Shown here in pieces: positions 29,910 to 45,029 of a stretch of DNA of 62,438 nt. A program made the translations under genes and the position numbers. Numbering within the stretch: the first letter of the stretch is position 1; every line of letters starts with the position of its first letter. Source of the stretch: Gammaproteobacteria bacterium. GTDB lineage: Bacteria > Pseudomonadota > Gammaproteobacteria > Natronospirales > REEB76. The stretch lies in assembly GCA_035701115.1 (NCBI GenBank), contig DASSOA010000158.1:1-62438 (forward strand). Direction: 5' to 3'. The notes below the pieces were generated by a model that worked only from the letters and a program-made list of their open reading frames with translations, did not search any database and was not told the DNA's origin.

Positions 29910-31058
29910 ATGCTGCGTATTGGCATTGTAGCGGGGGAAAGCTCAGGCGATATTCTGGGTGCCGACCTGATTCGCGCCTTGCGCGAGCATGTGAGCGACG
30001 TGCAATTCGAGGGAGTGACAGGTCCGGAGATGGCCGCGGCAGGATGCAAGACGCTGGCATCGGCTGAAGTACTCTCTGTCATGGGTATTGCGGAAGTGAT
30101 GGTCCACCTGCCGCGTCTGCTCTGGTTGCGGCGCCGCCTGTACCGGCATTTTGTGATGACGCGTCCCGATGTCGTCATCGGAATCGATTCTCCGGATTTC
30201 AATCTTGGGTTAGAAGCGAAACTTCGCAGGCGCGGCATCCGTACGGTGCATTACGTCAGCCCGTCAATCTGGGCATGGCGCCAGAAGCGGGTGTTCAAGG
30301 TTGGGCGTGCGGCGGATCTGGTTCTCACGTTGCTGCCGTTTGAACCGGCGCTGTATGACAAATACGGATTTCATGCCGAATTTGTCGGTCATCCGCTCGC
30401 CGACCGCGCGCCGGCAACCATAGACAGGCTGGCGCAGCGCAAGAGCCTGCATTTGCCGTCCGAGGGGCCGCTGGTTGCGCTGTTACCCGGCAGCCGCCGC
30501 ACGGAGGTCGAACGCCTGGGTCCGGTATTTCTGGACACGGCGCAACGCATCATCGAGAAAGTCCCCGATGTGCGATTTGTCATGCCGGCTGCGACCAATG
30601 CGCTGAGTTTCGTAATCAAGAATCAGATTCGCATGCTCAAACCGGACCTTCCGGTTACGGTAATTGATGGTCATTCGCGTGATGTGATGGCCGCGGTGGA
30701 TGTTGCGCTGCTGGCATCCGGTACGGCGGCGCTCGAAGCCATGCTGTGGCAGTGTCCAATGGTGGTTGCATACCGGGTTGCCGGGTTGACGCACGCACTG
30801 GTGCGCGGCTTTGGCATGCTCAAAGTGCCTTATGTGTCGCTTCCGAACCTGCTCGCCGGCCGCAGCGTGGTCCCGGAATTTCTCCAATACGATGCGACTG
30901 CAGCGAACCTGGGAACCGCCGTCCTCAAGTTGATGCAGGATGAGGCGGCGCGGCGCGCACAGCTTGAGGTTTTCCTCAGACTCAACGCGACATTGCGGCG
31001 CAACGCCAGTGAGCGTGCAGCGGAGGCCGTTCTCAAACTGGTTTCAGCAGCATCCTGA
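29910..31058 (+). CDS. lpxB: Lipid-A-disaccharide synthase
   Basis: 382 aa. [18 protein letters not shown]...IDSPDFN...[10 protein letters not shown]... Confidence 0.94.
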   Translation: MLRIGIVAGESSGDILGADLIRALREHVSDVQFEGVTGPEMAAAGCKTLASAEVLSVMGIAEVMVHLPRLLWLRRRLYRHFVMTRPDVVIGIDSPDFNLGLEAKLRRRGIRTVHYVSPSIWAWRQKRVFKVGRAADLVLTLLPFEPALYDKYGFHAEFVGHPLADRAPATIDRLAQRKSLHLPSEGPLVALLPGSRRTEVERLGPVFLDTAQRIIEKVPDVRFVMPAATNALSFVIKNQIRMLKPDLPVTVIDGHSRDVMAAVDVALLASGTAALEAMLWQCPMVVAYRVAGLTHALVRGFGMLKVPYVSLPNLLAGRSVVPEFLQYDATAANLGTAVLKLMQDEAARRAQLEVFLRLNATLRRNASERAAEAVLKLVSAAS

Positions 31059-31102
31059 GGCAGGTTGTAAAATTGCCCGGTTGGTCCAGGTGGAAGGCTG
31101 TG

Positions 31103-31693
31103 ATGCAGAGAACGACAGACCTCGAGCTTATTGCGGGTGTGGATGAGGCCGGCCGTGGCCCGCTGGCAGGACCGGTGGTTGCGGCCGCGGTGATACTTGA
31201 TCCGGCGCAGCCCATCAACGGGCTCAAGGACTCCAAACAACTCAGCGCGGAGCGCCGGTTGCAACTCGGCGATCTGATACGCGAGCGGTCGCTGGCCTGG
31301 GCCGTGGCATGGGCAGATCATTCGGAAATAGATCTGTTGAATATCCTTCAAGCAACCCTGCTCGCGATGTCACGGGCGGTAACGGCGTTGACGCAGACGC
31401 CGGCTCGCGTGCTGGTTGACGGCAATCGCTGCCCGCGGATTCCCTATCCGGCGGAGGCGATCGTGAAAGGCGATGCAAGCGTGGCGGCGATCAGTGCGGC
31501 ATCTATTCTCGCCAAGGTGGAGCGGGATTCGGCGATGCTGCGCTTTGATCGTCAATACCCCGGTTACGGGTTTGCTGTTCACAAGGGTTATCCAACGTCT
31601 GCGCATCTGGCCGCGCTCGCGACGCAGGGCGCGTGCGCCATCCATCGTCGCAGTTTTGCGCCTGTTAAGCGTTGCCTTGCCGGGACCGGTTGA
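31103..31693 (+). CDS. rnhB: Ribonuclease HII
   Basis: ...[21 protein letters not shown]...DSKQLS...; the ATG at 31103 is preferred. Confidence 0.94.
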   Translation: MQRTTDLELIAGVDEAGRGPLAGPVVAAAVILDPAQPINGLKDSKQLSAERRLQLGDLIRERSLAWAVAWADHSEIDLLNILQATLLAMSRAVTALTQTPARVLVDGNRCPRIPYPAEAIVKGDASVAAISAASILAKVERDSAMLRFDRQYPGYGFAVHKGYPTSAHLAALATQGACAIHRRSFAPVKRCLAGTG

Positions 31694-31695
31694 GC

Positions 31696-34600
31696 ATGGC
31701 ACCGCGTTTTGTCCATTTGCGACTTCATACCGAGTATTCGCTCGTCGACAGCGTGATCCGGGTTCCGGAATTGATGGAGCATGCCGCCAGCCAGCGGATG
31801 CCGGCGCTGGCATTGACGGATCAAGGCAATCTGTTTGCGCTGGTAAAGTTCTACAAGGAAGCACAGAAGCGCGGGATCAAGCCTGTGATCGGCGCCGATC
31901 TCCGACTGCGCGATCCCGAGAGTGATCAATTTTTTGCGTTTACGCTGCTGTGCTGTGACGCGACCGGTTATCGGAACCTGTCGGCATTGATTACGCGCAG
32001 TTTCATGGAAGGACAGCAGCGCGGCATACCGATGATCGATGCAGGCTGGCTGAATGCCGGAACCGACGGCCTGATCGCATTATCGGGCGGCGCACAGGGT
32101 GAAATCGGCAAGTCGCTGCTTGCCGAGCGGGATGCAACCATTGCGCTCGAAGCCTGGCAGCAGCGGTTTCCCGGCAGGTTCTATATCGAAGTGCAGCGTA
32201 CCGGGCGCGAAGCCGAAGAACAGTATCTGCATGCTGCAGTGGACCTTGCCGGGCGGCGCGGAGTGCCGCTGGTGGCTACCAACGATGTGAGATTCCTGCG
32301 TCAGACCGATTTTGAAGCACACGAGGCGCGTGTCTGCATTCAGGAAGGGCGGACACTCAATGACCCCCGGAGGCCTCACCGCTACACCGACCAGCAGTAT
32401 TTGCGCAGCGAAGCGGAAATGCTGGAAATGTTCGCGGATCTTCCCGAGGCACTGGACAATTCGGTGGAGATTGCCCGTCGCTGCAACCTGACTTTGCAGA
32501 TGGGGCAGAACTACCTTCCGGCTTATCCGGTCAGCGACGGTCTCAGCGTCGAGGCATTTCTGAAAAAGGAAGCCCACGCGGGTCTGGAGCGGCGTCTTGC
32601 GGTGATGTCAGCCGGTTTGGCGGACGACGAACGCGCAGCATTTGAACAGCCTTATCGAGAACGGCTGGCGCGGGAACTCGATGTAATCGTCTCCATGGGG
32701 TTCCCCGGCTACTTCCTTATAGTTGCAGACTTTATCCGCTGGGCACGTCAGAACGGCGTTCCGGTGGGCCCGGGGCGCGGCTCCGGCGCCGGCTCGCTGG
32801 TTGCCTATGCGCTCGAAATAACCGACCTTGACCCCCTCAAGTACGACCTGCTGTTCGAGCGCTTCCTGAACCCGGAGCGTGTTTCCATGCCCGACTTCGA
32901 CGTCGATTTCTGCATGGAAGGCCGCGACCGGGTGATTGATTACGTTTCCGAGCGCTATGGCCGCGATCGTGTATCCCAGATCATCACTTACGGCAGCATG
33001 GCTGCACGCGCGGTCGTACGCGACGTCGGTCGCGTGCTCGGGCATCCCTACGGCTACGTTGACCGGATTGCCAAGCTGATCCCGTTCGAGCTGGGCATGA
33101 CGCTCGACAAGGCGCTGGATGATGAAGCCGAACTTCGCGGGCTGTACGAGTCTGATGACGAAGTGCGTCAGCTCATCGACCTGGCGCGCTCGCTCGAAGG
33201 TCTGGCACGCAATGCCGGCAAACACGCGGGCGGCGTGGTTATTGCACCATCTGCGCTGACGGATTTCATGCCGCTGTACTGTGAACAGGGCGGCGCACAT
33301 CCGGTCACGCAACTCGACAAGGACGATGTCGAAGCGGTTGGCCTGGTGAAGTTCGATTTTCTGGGTCTGCGCACCCTGACAATCATTGATTGGGCGGTGC
33401 AGAACATCAACGAAATACGCAGCGCCAGCGGCGAGCCGTTGCTCGATATCACACAACTGCCGATGGAGGACGCCGCGGCATATGAATTGCTGAAACGTTG
33501 CCAGACGACCGCAGTGTTCCAGCTCGAATCACGCGGCATGAAGGACCTGATAAGGCGACTCAAGCCCGACTGCTTCGAGGACATCGTGGCGCTGGTGGCA
33601 TTGTTCCGACCCGGGCCGTTGCAGTCCGGCATGGTGGATGACTTCATCAACCGCAAACATGGCCGGCAGAAAGTCGATTATCCACATCCGAAACTGGAAC
33701 CGATACTCAAACCGACCTACGGCGTGATCCTGTATCAGGAACAGGTGATGCAGATTGCGCAGGTGCTGGCGGGTTACACATTGGGCGGTGCGGACCTGTT
33801 GCGCCGCGCCATGGGCAAGAAAAAGCCCGAGGAAATGGCAAAGCAGCGCGACATCTTCGTCGGCGGTGCGCTTGCCAACGGGGTGGATCAGAAACTTGCC
33901 ACCTACATCTTTGACCTGATGGAAAAGATTGCCGGTTACGGCTTCAACAAGTCGCACTCTGCCGCGTATGCATTGCTGTCCTACCAGACAGCCTGGCTGA
34001 AGGCACATTATCCTGCGGCGTTCATGGCCGCCGTGCTGTCGTCGGACATGGACCACACGGACAAGGTGGTCATGCTGATTGACGAATGCCAGCACATGGA
34101 GATGGCCATTCTTCCGCCCGACATAAACCGGTCGGAATACAAATTCACGGTAGCGGATGCGCGCAGCATTCGTTACGGACTGGGGGCGATCAAGGGCGTA
34201 GGGCTGGCGGCGATCGAAGGCGTGCTTGATGAGCGCAGGCGCAATGGCGCTTACGGCGATATCGAGGATTTCTGCCGCCGGGTAGACCTGCAAAAGTCGA
34301 ACCGGCGGGTCATTGAAGCGCTGATTCGCGCCGGTGCCATGGATTCGCTGGGGCCCAACCGTGCCACGCTGATGGCGCGGTTGCCCGATGCACTGGCGCT
34401 GGCGGAGCAGAATACACGTGCCGCGGCTGCGGGTCAGGACGACATGTTCGGACTTGCAGCACCCGCACCGGCGGCAAAGCAGGTTGCCACCGTGATTACA
34501 GTCGCGGACTGGGATGAAGACGAGCGGCTGCGTGGCGAGAAAGAAACGCTCGGTTTGTATCTGACCGGGCATCCGATTGAACGCTATTTGCGCGACCTGC

Positions 34601-35226
34601 AACCGGTTGTGACGGCGCCGATTGGCGATCTGGTAAGCGAGTCGCCGCCGGAGAGCAGCGGTGAACGCAGTTACGGCTATTCGGGACCGTCGCGCACAGT
34701 TATTGTCGCCGGTCTGATAATGGATTTGCGCAAACGGGGTAATCGCGTCAGCCTGGTGCTGGACGATCGCAGCGGGCGGATCGAAGTCACGCTGTTCGAA
34801 GAGGCCTATAACCGGTATCGCACGCTGGCCGTCAAGGACAATGTCGTCGTGGCGGAAGGGCGGCTGTCGTTCGACGAGTTCATCAATGCCTGGCGGGTTA
34901 CCGCCAAGGAGCTGTTTGGTGTTGACGAGCTGCGCGAGCGGTATGTCCGGCGCCTCGATATCCAGTGGCGGGCGGACGGTGTCACCCCGGAATTCGCGCT
35001 GCGGCTCAAGGAAATCCTGAATCCGTACCTGGGCGGCCGCTGCGCTGTATGGGTCGGGTACCGCGGGAGCGGGGCGTCGGTGCCTGTCCCGCTCGGTGAA
35101 CGCTGGCGGGTTCACCCGTCCGAGGCGCTGGTACGCAAGCTCGAGAGCTGGCTCGGCACAGACCGGGTGGCGCTCCAATACAGTACCAGGGCCCAGATGG
35201 CAGATCGTCAGACGGTGGATGCCTGA
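31696..35226 (+). CDS. dnaE: DNA polymerase III alpha subunit
   Basis: MAPRFVHLRLHTEYSLVDS... (PHP domain), ...PDFDVDF..., OB-fold C-terminus; ~1176 aa. Confidence 0.97.
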   Translation: MAPRFVHLRLHTEYSLVDSVIRVPELMEHAASQRMPALALTDQGNLFALVKFYKEAQKRGIKPVIGADLRLRDPESDQFFAFTLLCCDATGYRNLSALITRSFMEGQQRGIPMIDAGWLNAGTDGLIALSGGAQGEIGKSLLAERDATIALEAWQQRFPGRFYIEVQRTGREAEEQYLHAAVDLAGRRGVPLVATNDVRFLRQTDFEAHEARVCIQEGRTLNDPRRPHRYTDQQYLRSEAEMLEMFADLPEALDNSVEIARRCNLTLQMGQNYLPAYPVSDGLSVEAFLKKEAHAGLERRLAVMSAGLADDERAAFEQPYRERLARELDVIVSMGFPGYFLIVADFIRWARQNGVPVGPGRGSGAGSLVAYALEITDLDPLKYDLLFERFLNPERVSMPDFDVDFCMEGRDRVIDYVSERYGRDRVSQIITYGSMAARAVVRDVGRVLGHPYGYVDRIAKLIPFELGMTLDKALDDEAELRGLYESDDEVRQLIDLARSLEGLARNAGKHAGGVVIAPSALTDFMPLYCEQGGAHPVTQLDKDDVEAVGLVKFDFLGLRTLTIIDWAVQNINEIRSASGEPLLDITQLPMEDAAAYELLKRCQTTAVFQLESRGMKDLIRRLKPDCFEDIVALVALFRPGPLQSGMVDDFINRKHGRQKVDYPHPKLEPILKPTYGVILYQEQVMQIAQVLAGYTLGGADLLRRAMGKKKPEEMAKQRDIFVGGALANGVDQKLATYIFDLMEKIAGYGFNKSHSAAYALLSYQTAWLKAHYPAAFMAAVLSSDMDHTDKVVMLIDECQHMEMAILPPDINRSEYKFTVADARSIRYGLGAIKGVGLAAIEGVLDERRRNGAYGDIEDFCRRVDLQKSNRRVIEALIRAGAMDSLGPNRATLMARLPDALALAEQNTRAAAAGQDDMFGLAAPAPAAKQVATVITVADWDEDERLRGEKETLGLYLTGHPIERYLRDLQPVVTAPIGDLVSESPPESSGERSYGYSGPSRTVIVAGLIMDLRKRGNRVSLVLDDRSGRIEVTLFEEAYNRYRTLAVKDNVVVAEGRLSFDEFINAWRVTAKELFGVDELRERYVRRLDIQWRADGVTPEFALRLKEILNPYLGGRCAVWVGYRGSGASVPVPLGERWRVHPSEALVRKLESWLGTDRVALQYSTRAQMADRQTVDA

Positions 35227-35327
35227 AGATGGGGCTTGTGCGGCTGGCAGCCACCCGGTAAGGTTTGCGCCAAATCCAGTTTCGGCGGGTTGGTAGGCAG
35301 CCTGCCCGCAAGGATATAATTTTAAAA

Positions 35328-36284
35328 ATGAACCTGAACTTTCTCGAATTCGAACAACCTATCGCCGAACTCGAAGCAAAAATCGAGGAACTTCGCTTTG
35401 TGGGCGACGAGTCGGCCGTCAGTATTACCGAAGAAATCGAGCGCCTGCAGGCCAAAAGCCGCACCCTGACGGAGAATATTTTCTCCAACCTTAACGCTTG
35501 GCAGGTTGCGCAACTCGCGCGCCATCCCCAGCGTCCCTACTGTCTGGATTATGTCCAGCGCATTTTCAGCGATTTCGAGGAATTGCACGGTGACCGGGCG
35601 TTCGCCGATGACCCGGCGATTATCAGCGGCGTAGCACGGCTCGACGGGCGGCCCGTGGCGCTGATTGGCGAACAGAAGGGCCGCGATACCAAGGAAAAAG
35701 TGCGCCGCAATTTCGGCATGCCGCGACCTGAAGGCTATCGCAAGGCATTGCGCATCATGAAACTGGCGGAACGCTTCCGGCTCCCGCTCATGACGTTCAT
35801 TGACACGCCGGGCGCTTACCCCGGTGTCGGCGCGGAAGAACGCGGGCAATCCGAAGCCATTGCCCGCAACCTGTTTGAAATGAGTACGCTGCGCGTACCG
35901 ATTATCTGCACTGTGATCGGCGAAGGCGGCTCGGGTGGCGCGCTGGCCATCGGTGTGGGAGACCGGGTGATGATGCTGCAATACAGCATCTATTCGGTCA
36001 TTTCACCGGAAGGCTGCGCCTCGATTCTATGGAAGAGCGCATCGAAAGCCAGTGAAGCGGCCGAAGCCATGGGCATCACTGCCGAGCGGCTCAAGAGCCT
36101 TGGCTTGATCGATGCGGTTCTCAAGGAACCTTTGGGCGGTGCGCACCGGGACGTTGATGCGGCGGCAGCAACCATCAAGCGTGCGTTGACCGACAATCTC
36201 GCGCACCTTGAGCACAAATCCATGGACGAATTGCTGGAATCACGCTACAAGCGTTTCACCTCGTTCGGCAGCTTCAAGGAATGA
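35328..36284 (+). CDS. accA: Acetyl-CoA carboxylase carboxyltransferase alpha subunit
   Basis: [23 protein letters not shown]...[11 protein letters not shown]...[10 protein letters not shown]... Confidence 0.96.
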   Translation: MNLNFLEFEQPIAELEAKIEELRFVGDESAVSITEEIERLQAKSRTLTENIFSNLNAWQVAQLARHPQRPYCLDYVQRIFSDFEELHGDRAFADDPAIISGVARLDGRPVALIGEQKGRDTKEKVRRNFGMPRPEGYRKALRIMKLAERFRLPLMTFIDTPGAYPGVGAEERGQSEAIARNLFEMSTLRVPIICTVIGEGGSGGALAIGVGDRVMMLQYSIYSVISPEGCASILWKSASKASEAAEAMGITAERLKSLGLIDAVLKEPLGGAHRDVDAAAATIKRALTDNLAHLEHKSMDELLESRYKRFTSFGSFKE

Positions 36285-36312
36285 GTGTCCCCGACGCGGC
36301 ACTGTGCCCGTC

Positions 36313-37680
36313 ATGGTGAAGTTCAATCCCGATCACATTGTTGATGCGCTGCTCAAGCGGCCCGCTGCGGAACGTTATTGGGTAGCGTTCAGCGGCGGGC
36401 TCGATTCCACGGTCTTGCTGCATGCGCTGGCAATGCGACGTGATCGCCTGCCCGGAGCGCTGTTTGCCATTCATGTGCATCATGGTCTGCAGGAAGCGGC
36501 GGATCGCTGGCTGCAGCACTGCGAAGACACCTGCCGGAAACTCAAGGTCACCCTGACGCTGCGTAATATCGAAATTCATGCCGAAGCAGGCCAAAGCCTG
36601 GAAGCGGTCGCGCGTGAAGAGCGTTACGCAGCTTTCAGAAACATACTGCAGACCGGCGAGAGTCTTCTGCTCGCGCACCACCTCGACGACCAGCTCGAAA
36701 CGTTCCTCTTGCAGGCATTGCGCGGCAGCGGTGTGGCGGGACTTGCTGCGATGCCGGCCTTTGCGCCATTCGCTGGTGGATATCTGGCGCGACCGCTGCT
36801 CGAAGTGCCGCGGGACAGCCTGCTGGACTGGGCGCGTGCGCAGAAATTGACATGGGTTGACGATCCCAGCAATCAGGATCTGCGATTCGACCGCAATTAC
36901 CTGCGTCATGAGGTTGTGCCGCGGCTGAAACAGCGGTGGCCGGCGGCGGCGGAAACCATCTCGCGTTCCGCGCGGCATTGCGGCGAGGCGATGGAGCTGC
37001 TGAACGTGCAAGCAGCCGAGGATTTGAGGCGCTACATTGCGGCCGGTGACAATTCACTGGCCCTGCAGGCGGTGCGGACGCTCTCAAGACCGAGAGCCAA
37101 GCACCTCATCCGCCACTGGCTGGCACAAAGCCGGCTCTCGGCACCGCCGACGCACAAGCTGGATCAGGTGTTCTCCGACATTCTGAACGCACGTCCCGAT
37201 CGCATTCCCTGTGTTCGCTGGGCGGATGTCGAGCTGCGGCGCTACCGCGACCGGCTGTATGCGCAGAATATGCCGGTGCCGGTGCCGGTCCCCTTCATAC
37301 TCAGGCCGGGCGAATTTCGCGACCTGGGGCCCGGGCTGGGGCGGCTGGGGCTGGTTCCGGATAGCACCGGCATTGCGGCGTCCGCCTGTCCGGCGTCGGG
37401 ACTGGAAGTGGCATTTCGGATGGGAGGTGAGCGCGTGCAGCCGCAAGGCAAGCCGCACAGCCGGGCGCTCAAGAAATGGCTGCAGGAGTATGACGTGCTG
37501 CCGTGGTGGCGAGCCTACCTGCCGATTCTGCACCGTGGCGGTGAGATCCTGGCGGTTGGCGGGCTGTTTTGTTGCGAGCCGCATTGCGCGCGCGGCGGCG
37601 AGCCCGCACTGCGTCTGGTGTGGGAGGGTGCCCCCCGCGTCGTGAGTGACACGAAAAAAGTCACTGATTTTCAAGGATAA
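36313..37680 (+). CDS. tilS: tRNA(Ile)-lysidine synthase
   Basis: ...YWVAFSGGLDSTVLLH (PP-loop SGGxDS). Long form with a C-terminal substrate-binding domain. The ATG at 36313 is preferred over 36208. Confidence 0.92.
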   Translation: MVKFNPDHIVDALLKRPAAERYWVAFSGGLDSTVLLHALAMRRDRLPGALFAIHVHHGLQEAADRWLQHCEDTCRKLKVTLTLRNIEIHAEAGQSLEAVAREERYAAFRNILQTGESLLLAHHLDDQLETFLLQALRGSGVAGLAAMPAFAPFAGGYLARPLLEVPRDSLLDWARAQKLTWVDDPSNQDLRFDRNYLRHEVVPRLKQRWPAAAETISRSARHCGEAMELLNVQAAEDLRRYIAAGDNSLALQAVRTLSRPRAKHLIRHWLAQSRLSAPPTHKLDQVFSDILNARPDRIPCVRWADVELRRYRDRLYAQNMPVPVPVPFILRPGEFRDLGPGLGRLGLVPDSTGIAASACPASGLEVAFRMGGERVQPQGKPHSRALKKWLQEYDVLPWWRAYLPILHRGGEILAVGGLFCCEPHCARGGEPALRLVWEGAPRVVSDTKKVTDFQG

Positions 37681-37772
37681 AGCGTGCCGGCTGCTTTTTA
37701 ATACCGACCGATTCTGTTACCCTGTTCTCCCGATTTCGCAAGGTCATTCCGGCCTTGCATCGGGAGTTCTGA

Positions 37773-41583
<3,811 letters not shown>

Positions 41584-41584
<1 letters not shown>

Positions 41585-41904
41585 TGATGCATTTGCGCGA
41601 ACTGCAACCGAAGCTGCTCATGCCATTGCTGCTTCTGTTGTTGCTCGTGCTGTTTCAGTATCAGCTCTGGTTCGGGGCAGGAAACCTGCGCAAGGCCTGG
41701 GTATTGCAACGTCAGGTCGAGGCACAAATGCAGGAAAACGCCGAACTTGCCAAACGCAATCAGACGCTGGCAGCAGAAGTAAAAGACCTGAAACAGGGTC
41801 AGGCCGCCGTTGAAGAACGGGCGCGCACCGACCTCGGCATGATAAAGAAAGGCGAAACGTTCTATCAGATTGTGCAGCCGGCGCCGCCGCCGGCCAATCA
41901 CTGA
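41584..41904 (+). CDS. ftsB: Cell division protein FtsB
   Basis: ~106 aa. One TM segment (LLMPLLLLLLLVLFQYQLWFG) followed by a coiled coil (...ENAELAKRNQTLAAEVKDLKQG...). Conserved position between eno and ispD. Confidence 0.88.
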
Positions 41905-42620
41905 TGGCTGCCCCGCAACGCATCTGGGCGGTCATTCCGGCCGCCGGAACCGGAGTGCGCATGGGCAGCTCAATCCCCAAGCAGTATCTTGCGCTGGCGG
42001 GCCGGACGGTCATCGAACACGTGCTTGACGTGTTCCTGGCTGAACCGCGTATCGCAGGCATCAGTGTCGCGATTGCGGACAGCGATCCCTACTGGCCGCG
42101 CTATGTGAAGCCGAACTCCAAACCGGTGAAGACGGTTCAGGGCGGCGAGGAACGGGTGCATTCGGTCAGGAATGCGCTGCTCAGCCTTTCCGGTGAACTC
42201 GACGACGATGACTGGATTTTGGTGCACGATGCCGTAAGGGCCTGTTTGCATCATGGCGATCTTGAACACCTTATCGTGACACTCGAACAGGATCCGGTAG
42301 GCGGCATTCTTGCGGCACCATTGGTGGATACGATCAAACAGGTGGATGAATTGGGTTATATCACGGGCACACCGTCACGCAGAGGAATCTGGCGTGCATT
42401 GACGCCACAGATGTTCCGATATGGCCTTTTGTGCGCGGCGCTCGATGCAGCGTTAGGGGCGGGCAATCTGCCGACCGATGAGGCCGCGGCCGTCGAACGA
42501 ATCAGGCCGGGTCGGGTGAGAGTTGTGGAAGGGCGTAGCGATAACCTGAAGATTACGCGCCCCGACGACATTGCAATTGCCGAAGCCATATTGGCGAAGC
42601 GGGCGGAGGGGCGCGCGTGA
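41904..42620 (+). CDS. ispD: 2-C-methyl-D-erythritol 4-phosphate cytidylyltransferase
   Basis: ...[22 protein letters not shown]...VHDAVR... Confidence 0.94.
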   Translation: MAAPQRIWAVIPAAGTGVRMGSSIPKQYLALAGRTVIEHVLDVFLAEPRIAGISVAIADSDPYWPRYVKPNSKPVKTVQGGEERVHSVRNALLSLSGELDDDDWILVHDAVRACLHHGDLEHLIVTLEQDPVGGILAAPLVDTIKQVDELGYITGTPSRRGIWRALTPQMFRYGLLCAALDAALGAGNLPTDEAAAVERIRPGRVRVVEGRSDNLKITRPDDIAIAEAILAKRAEGRA

Positions 42621-43102
42621 GAATCGGTCACGGATTCGATGTTCATGCGTTTACCGCCGGGAGCGGCATCAAGCTTGGCGGTGTGCATATCCCGCATACA
42701 CACGCCATCAAGGCTCATTCGGATGGCGACGTGCTGCTGCACGCGGTATGTGACGCATTGCTGGGCGCGGCGGCACTCGGCGATATCGGCCGCCATTTTC
42801 CCGATACCGATCCAGCCTGGCGAAACGCCGACAGTCGCAAATTACTCGCGAACGTGATGCAGTTATTGAGCGGGAAAAGCTACCGGCCGTTGCAGCTGGA
42901 TGCAACCGTGATCGCGCAGGCGCCAAAACTCGCGCCGTACATACCGCAAATGTGCGCAAATCTTGCGCATGATCTCCGGATCGCATCCGATTGCGTCAAC
43001 GTGAAAGCCACCACCACCGAAGGTCTGGGATACATTGGTCGTGGTGAAGGTCTGGCTGCGCACGCCGTCGCAGTGATTGAATCGATTTCAGGCGTCAGCT
43101 GA
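42617..43102 (+). CDS. ispF: 2-C-methyl-D-erythritol 2,4-cyclodiphosphate synthase
   Basis: [12 protein letters not shown]...[30 protein letters not shown]...; GTGA overlap with ispD. Confidence 0.95.
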   Translation: MRIGHGFDVHAFTAGSGIKLGGVHIPHTHAIKAHSDGDVLLHAVCDALLGAAALGDIGRHFPDTDPAWRNADSRKLLANVMQLLSGKSYRPLQLDATVIAQAPKLAPYIPQMCANLAHDLRIASDCVNVKATTTEGLGYIGRGEGLAAHAVAVIESISGVS

Positions 43103-43108
43103 ACTGCG

Positions 43109-44173
43109 ATGGATCAACTGCCTGTCTGGTCATTTGCGTATGGCCTGCCGCCACATCTTGCCCGCATTCGCTGTGTGCCGGAAGATTTCCGGGTGGATGA
43201 GGTGCTGGGATTTGAAGCCGACGGTGCGGGTGAGCACGTGCTCGTTCAGGTCGAGAAACGTGGCGCAAACACCGCCTGGGTGGCGCGGGAACTGGCGCGT
43301 AGCGCTGGCATCAGGGCGCGTGATGTGAGTTACGCAGGACGCAAAGACCGGAATGCGGTTACTGTACAGCATTTCACCCTGTGGCTCGGTAAACAGGCGG
43401 AACCAGACTGGTCCGAGATGCCCCATCCGGAGTACCGTGTGCTGTCGTCGGTCAGGCACCGTCGCAAATTGCGGCTGGGCGCGCTCAAAGGGAACCGCTT
43501 CAGGCTGGTATTGCGCGATGTGACAGGTCCCGTGGACGCTCTCGACAGGCGACTGCAAACCCTACGCAGGGAAGGCGTGCCGAACTATTTTGGCCCACAG
43601 CGGTTTGGACGGAATGCCGGTAATATCGCGCGTGCCGAGCGGTTTTTTGCCGATCCGCGCAGCGTAAGAGATCGCGAGCAACGCAGTCTTCTGCTGTCAA
43701 CGGCACGCAGCCTGATTTTCAATTCGGTGTTGTCCGAGCGTGTCGCCGGCGGAACGTGGAATACCGCGTTACCGGGTGAGGTCTGCATGCTGGAAGGCAG
43801 TCACAGTGTGTTCCGCGCCGTCGAAGCCGATGCTGCGTTGCCGGAACGGATGGCGACCGGCGACGTGCATCCGACCGGTCCGTTGTGGGGGACCGGCGAA
43901 ACGCTTGCTGCCGGCGGTGCGGCGGCGCTCGAACAGACGGTCGCACAAAGCCTGGCAGTGTTTGCCCGGGGACTCGAGCAGATGGATGTGGCTTGTGCGC
44001 GGCGCGCACTCCGTCTCCCGGTCAGGGAATTGAACTGGCAATTTGATGATCGTCAGACCCTGACGCTGGATTTTTTCCTGCCGGCCGGCGCCTATGCAAC
44101 TGCTGTGCTGAGAGAGCTGGTGCAACCGTACGACTCTGAAGAAGGAGCAGGCGACGATGCTGAACAGGATTGA
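43109..44173 (+). CDS. truD: tRNA pseudouridine(13) synthase TruD
   Basis: 354 aa. ...PEDFRVDE...GEHVLVQVEKRG.NT...YAGRKDRNAVT...NYFGPQRFG... Confidence 0.93.
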   Translation: MDQLPVWSFAYGLPPHLARIRCVPEDFRVDEVLGFEADGAGEHVLVQVEKRGANTAWVARELARSAGIRARDVSYAGRKDRNAVTVQHFTLWLGKQAEPDWSEMPHPEYRVLSSVRHRRKLRLGALKGNRFRLVLRDVTGPVDALDRRLQTLRREGVPNYFGPQRFGRNAGNIARAERFFADPRSVRDREQRSLLLSTARSLIFNSVLSERVAGGTWNTALPGEVCMLEGSHSVFRAVEADAALPERMATGDVHPTGPLWGTGETLAAGGAAALEQTVAQSLAVFARGLEQMDVACARRALRLPVRELNWQFDDRQTLTLDFFLPAGAYATAVLRELVQPYDSEEGAGDDAEQD

Positions 44174-44912
44174 CCATGATGCGGTACTCGAGCTGCAGCT
44201 CGCGCATCCGCCAGCCAATGCGCTGAATCCGGAACTGGTACGGTCACTGCGCGATGCCATACATGCCGCTGCACACGACGGAACGCGCGCCATTATTCTG
44301 TCAGGTGCCGAAGGCATGTTTTCGGCTGGACTCGATGTGCCGGCGCTGCTGCAGCTGGATCGCAGGGCCATGAGTGCGTTCTGGAAGGATTTTATCGATT
44401 TGCTGCGCAACATTGCGTTGTCGCCGGTGCCGGTAGTTGCCGCGATCAGCGGGCACAGTCCGGCCGGCGGTGCGGTGATGGCCATCTTCTGCGATGCGCG
44501 CATTGCCGCGGCAGGCAAGTTCAAGATCGGCCTGAATGAAGTTCAGGTGGGCCTGCTGGTACCGCCAATCATCTATGCGGCACTCAAGCGGCTGGTGGGC
44601 GAGCGTCAGGCGGAGCGGCTGTGCGTGCAGGGTTTGCTGGTGCCACCGGAAGAAGCACTGCGTATAGGGCTGGTGGACGACGTGCTGCCGGGCAACGACG
44701 TTCTGCCGGCGGCACTGAAGTGGTGCCGCGATCTGCTTGTCTTGCCGCCGCGCGCAGTGGCAGGAACGCGGCGCATGGCGCGCGCGGATCTCGCGAAGAT
44801 GTTCGAAGATTTGAGTGTACGCAGTCACGAACAACTGGTGGAGGTCTGGTTCAGCGAGGAAGGCCAGGGCGCAATGCGCGCGCTGGTCGCGCAACTGGCG
44901 GCAAGGAAATGA
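44157..44912 (+). CDS. Enoyl-CoA hydratase/isomerase (crotonase) family protein
   Basis: 251 aa. ...PPANALNPELV...IILSGAEGMFSAGLDV...VAAISGHSPAGGAVMA... Substrate unknown. Confidence 0.8.
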   Translation: MLNRIDHDAVLELQLAHPPANALNPELVRSLRDAIHAAAHDGTRAIILSGAEGMFSAGLDVPALLQLDRRAMSAFWKDFIDLLRNIALSPVPVVAAISGHSPAGGAVMAIFCDARIAAAGKFKIGLNEVQVGLLVPPIIYAALKRLVGERQAERLCVQGLLVPPEEALRIGLVDDVLPGNDVLPAALKWCRDLLVLPPRAVAGTRRMARADLAKMFEDLSVRSHEQLVEVWFSEEGQGAMRALVAQLAARK

Positions 44913-45029
44913 TGGTCGCTTACGGGAATCGCACCGTCGGGCGCCACTGTATGATCAATGCGACCGCCAGTGCGACAATGACGAGCTGGTCGCTATAGCG
45001 CGCATGAGGTGTTGGAGCACGACCTTCGG

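Noticed and set aside
33529-35178. 549-aa minus-strand ORF; similar ones lie at 32608..33456 and 35006..35488.
   Set aside because: It lies entirely antisense to dnaE, whose product is unambiguous. The product is rich in Arg, Pro, Ala and Gly with no recognisable motifs. This is typical of stop-free shadow frames in GC-rich DNA.
44913-45029. 117-bp convergent intergenic region with a 10-bp palindrome CGCTATAGCG (44993-45002).
   Set aside because: It is too short and isolated to call a terminator or operator. No stable GC-rich stem or U-tract is present.
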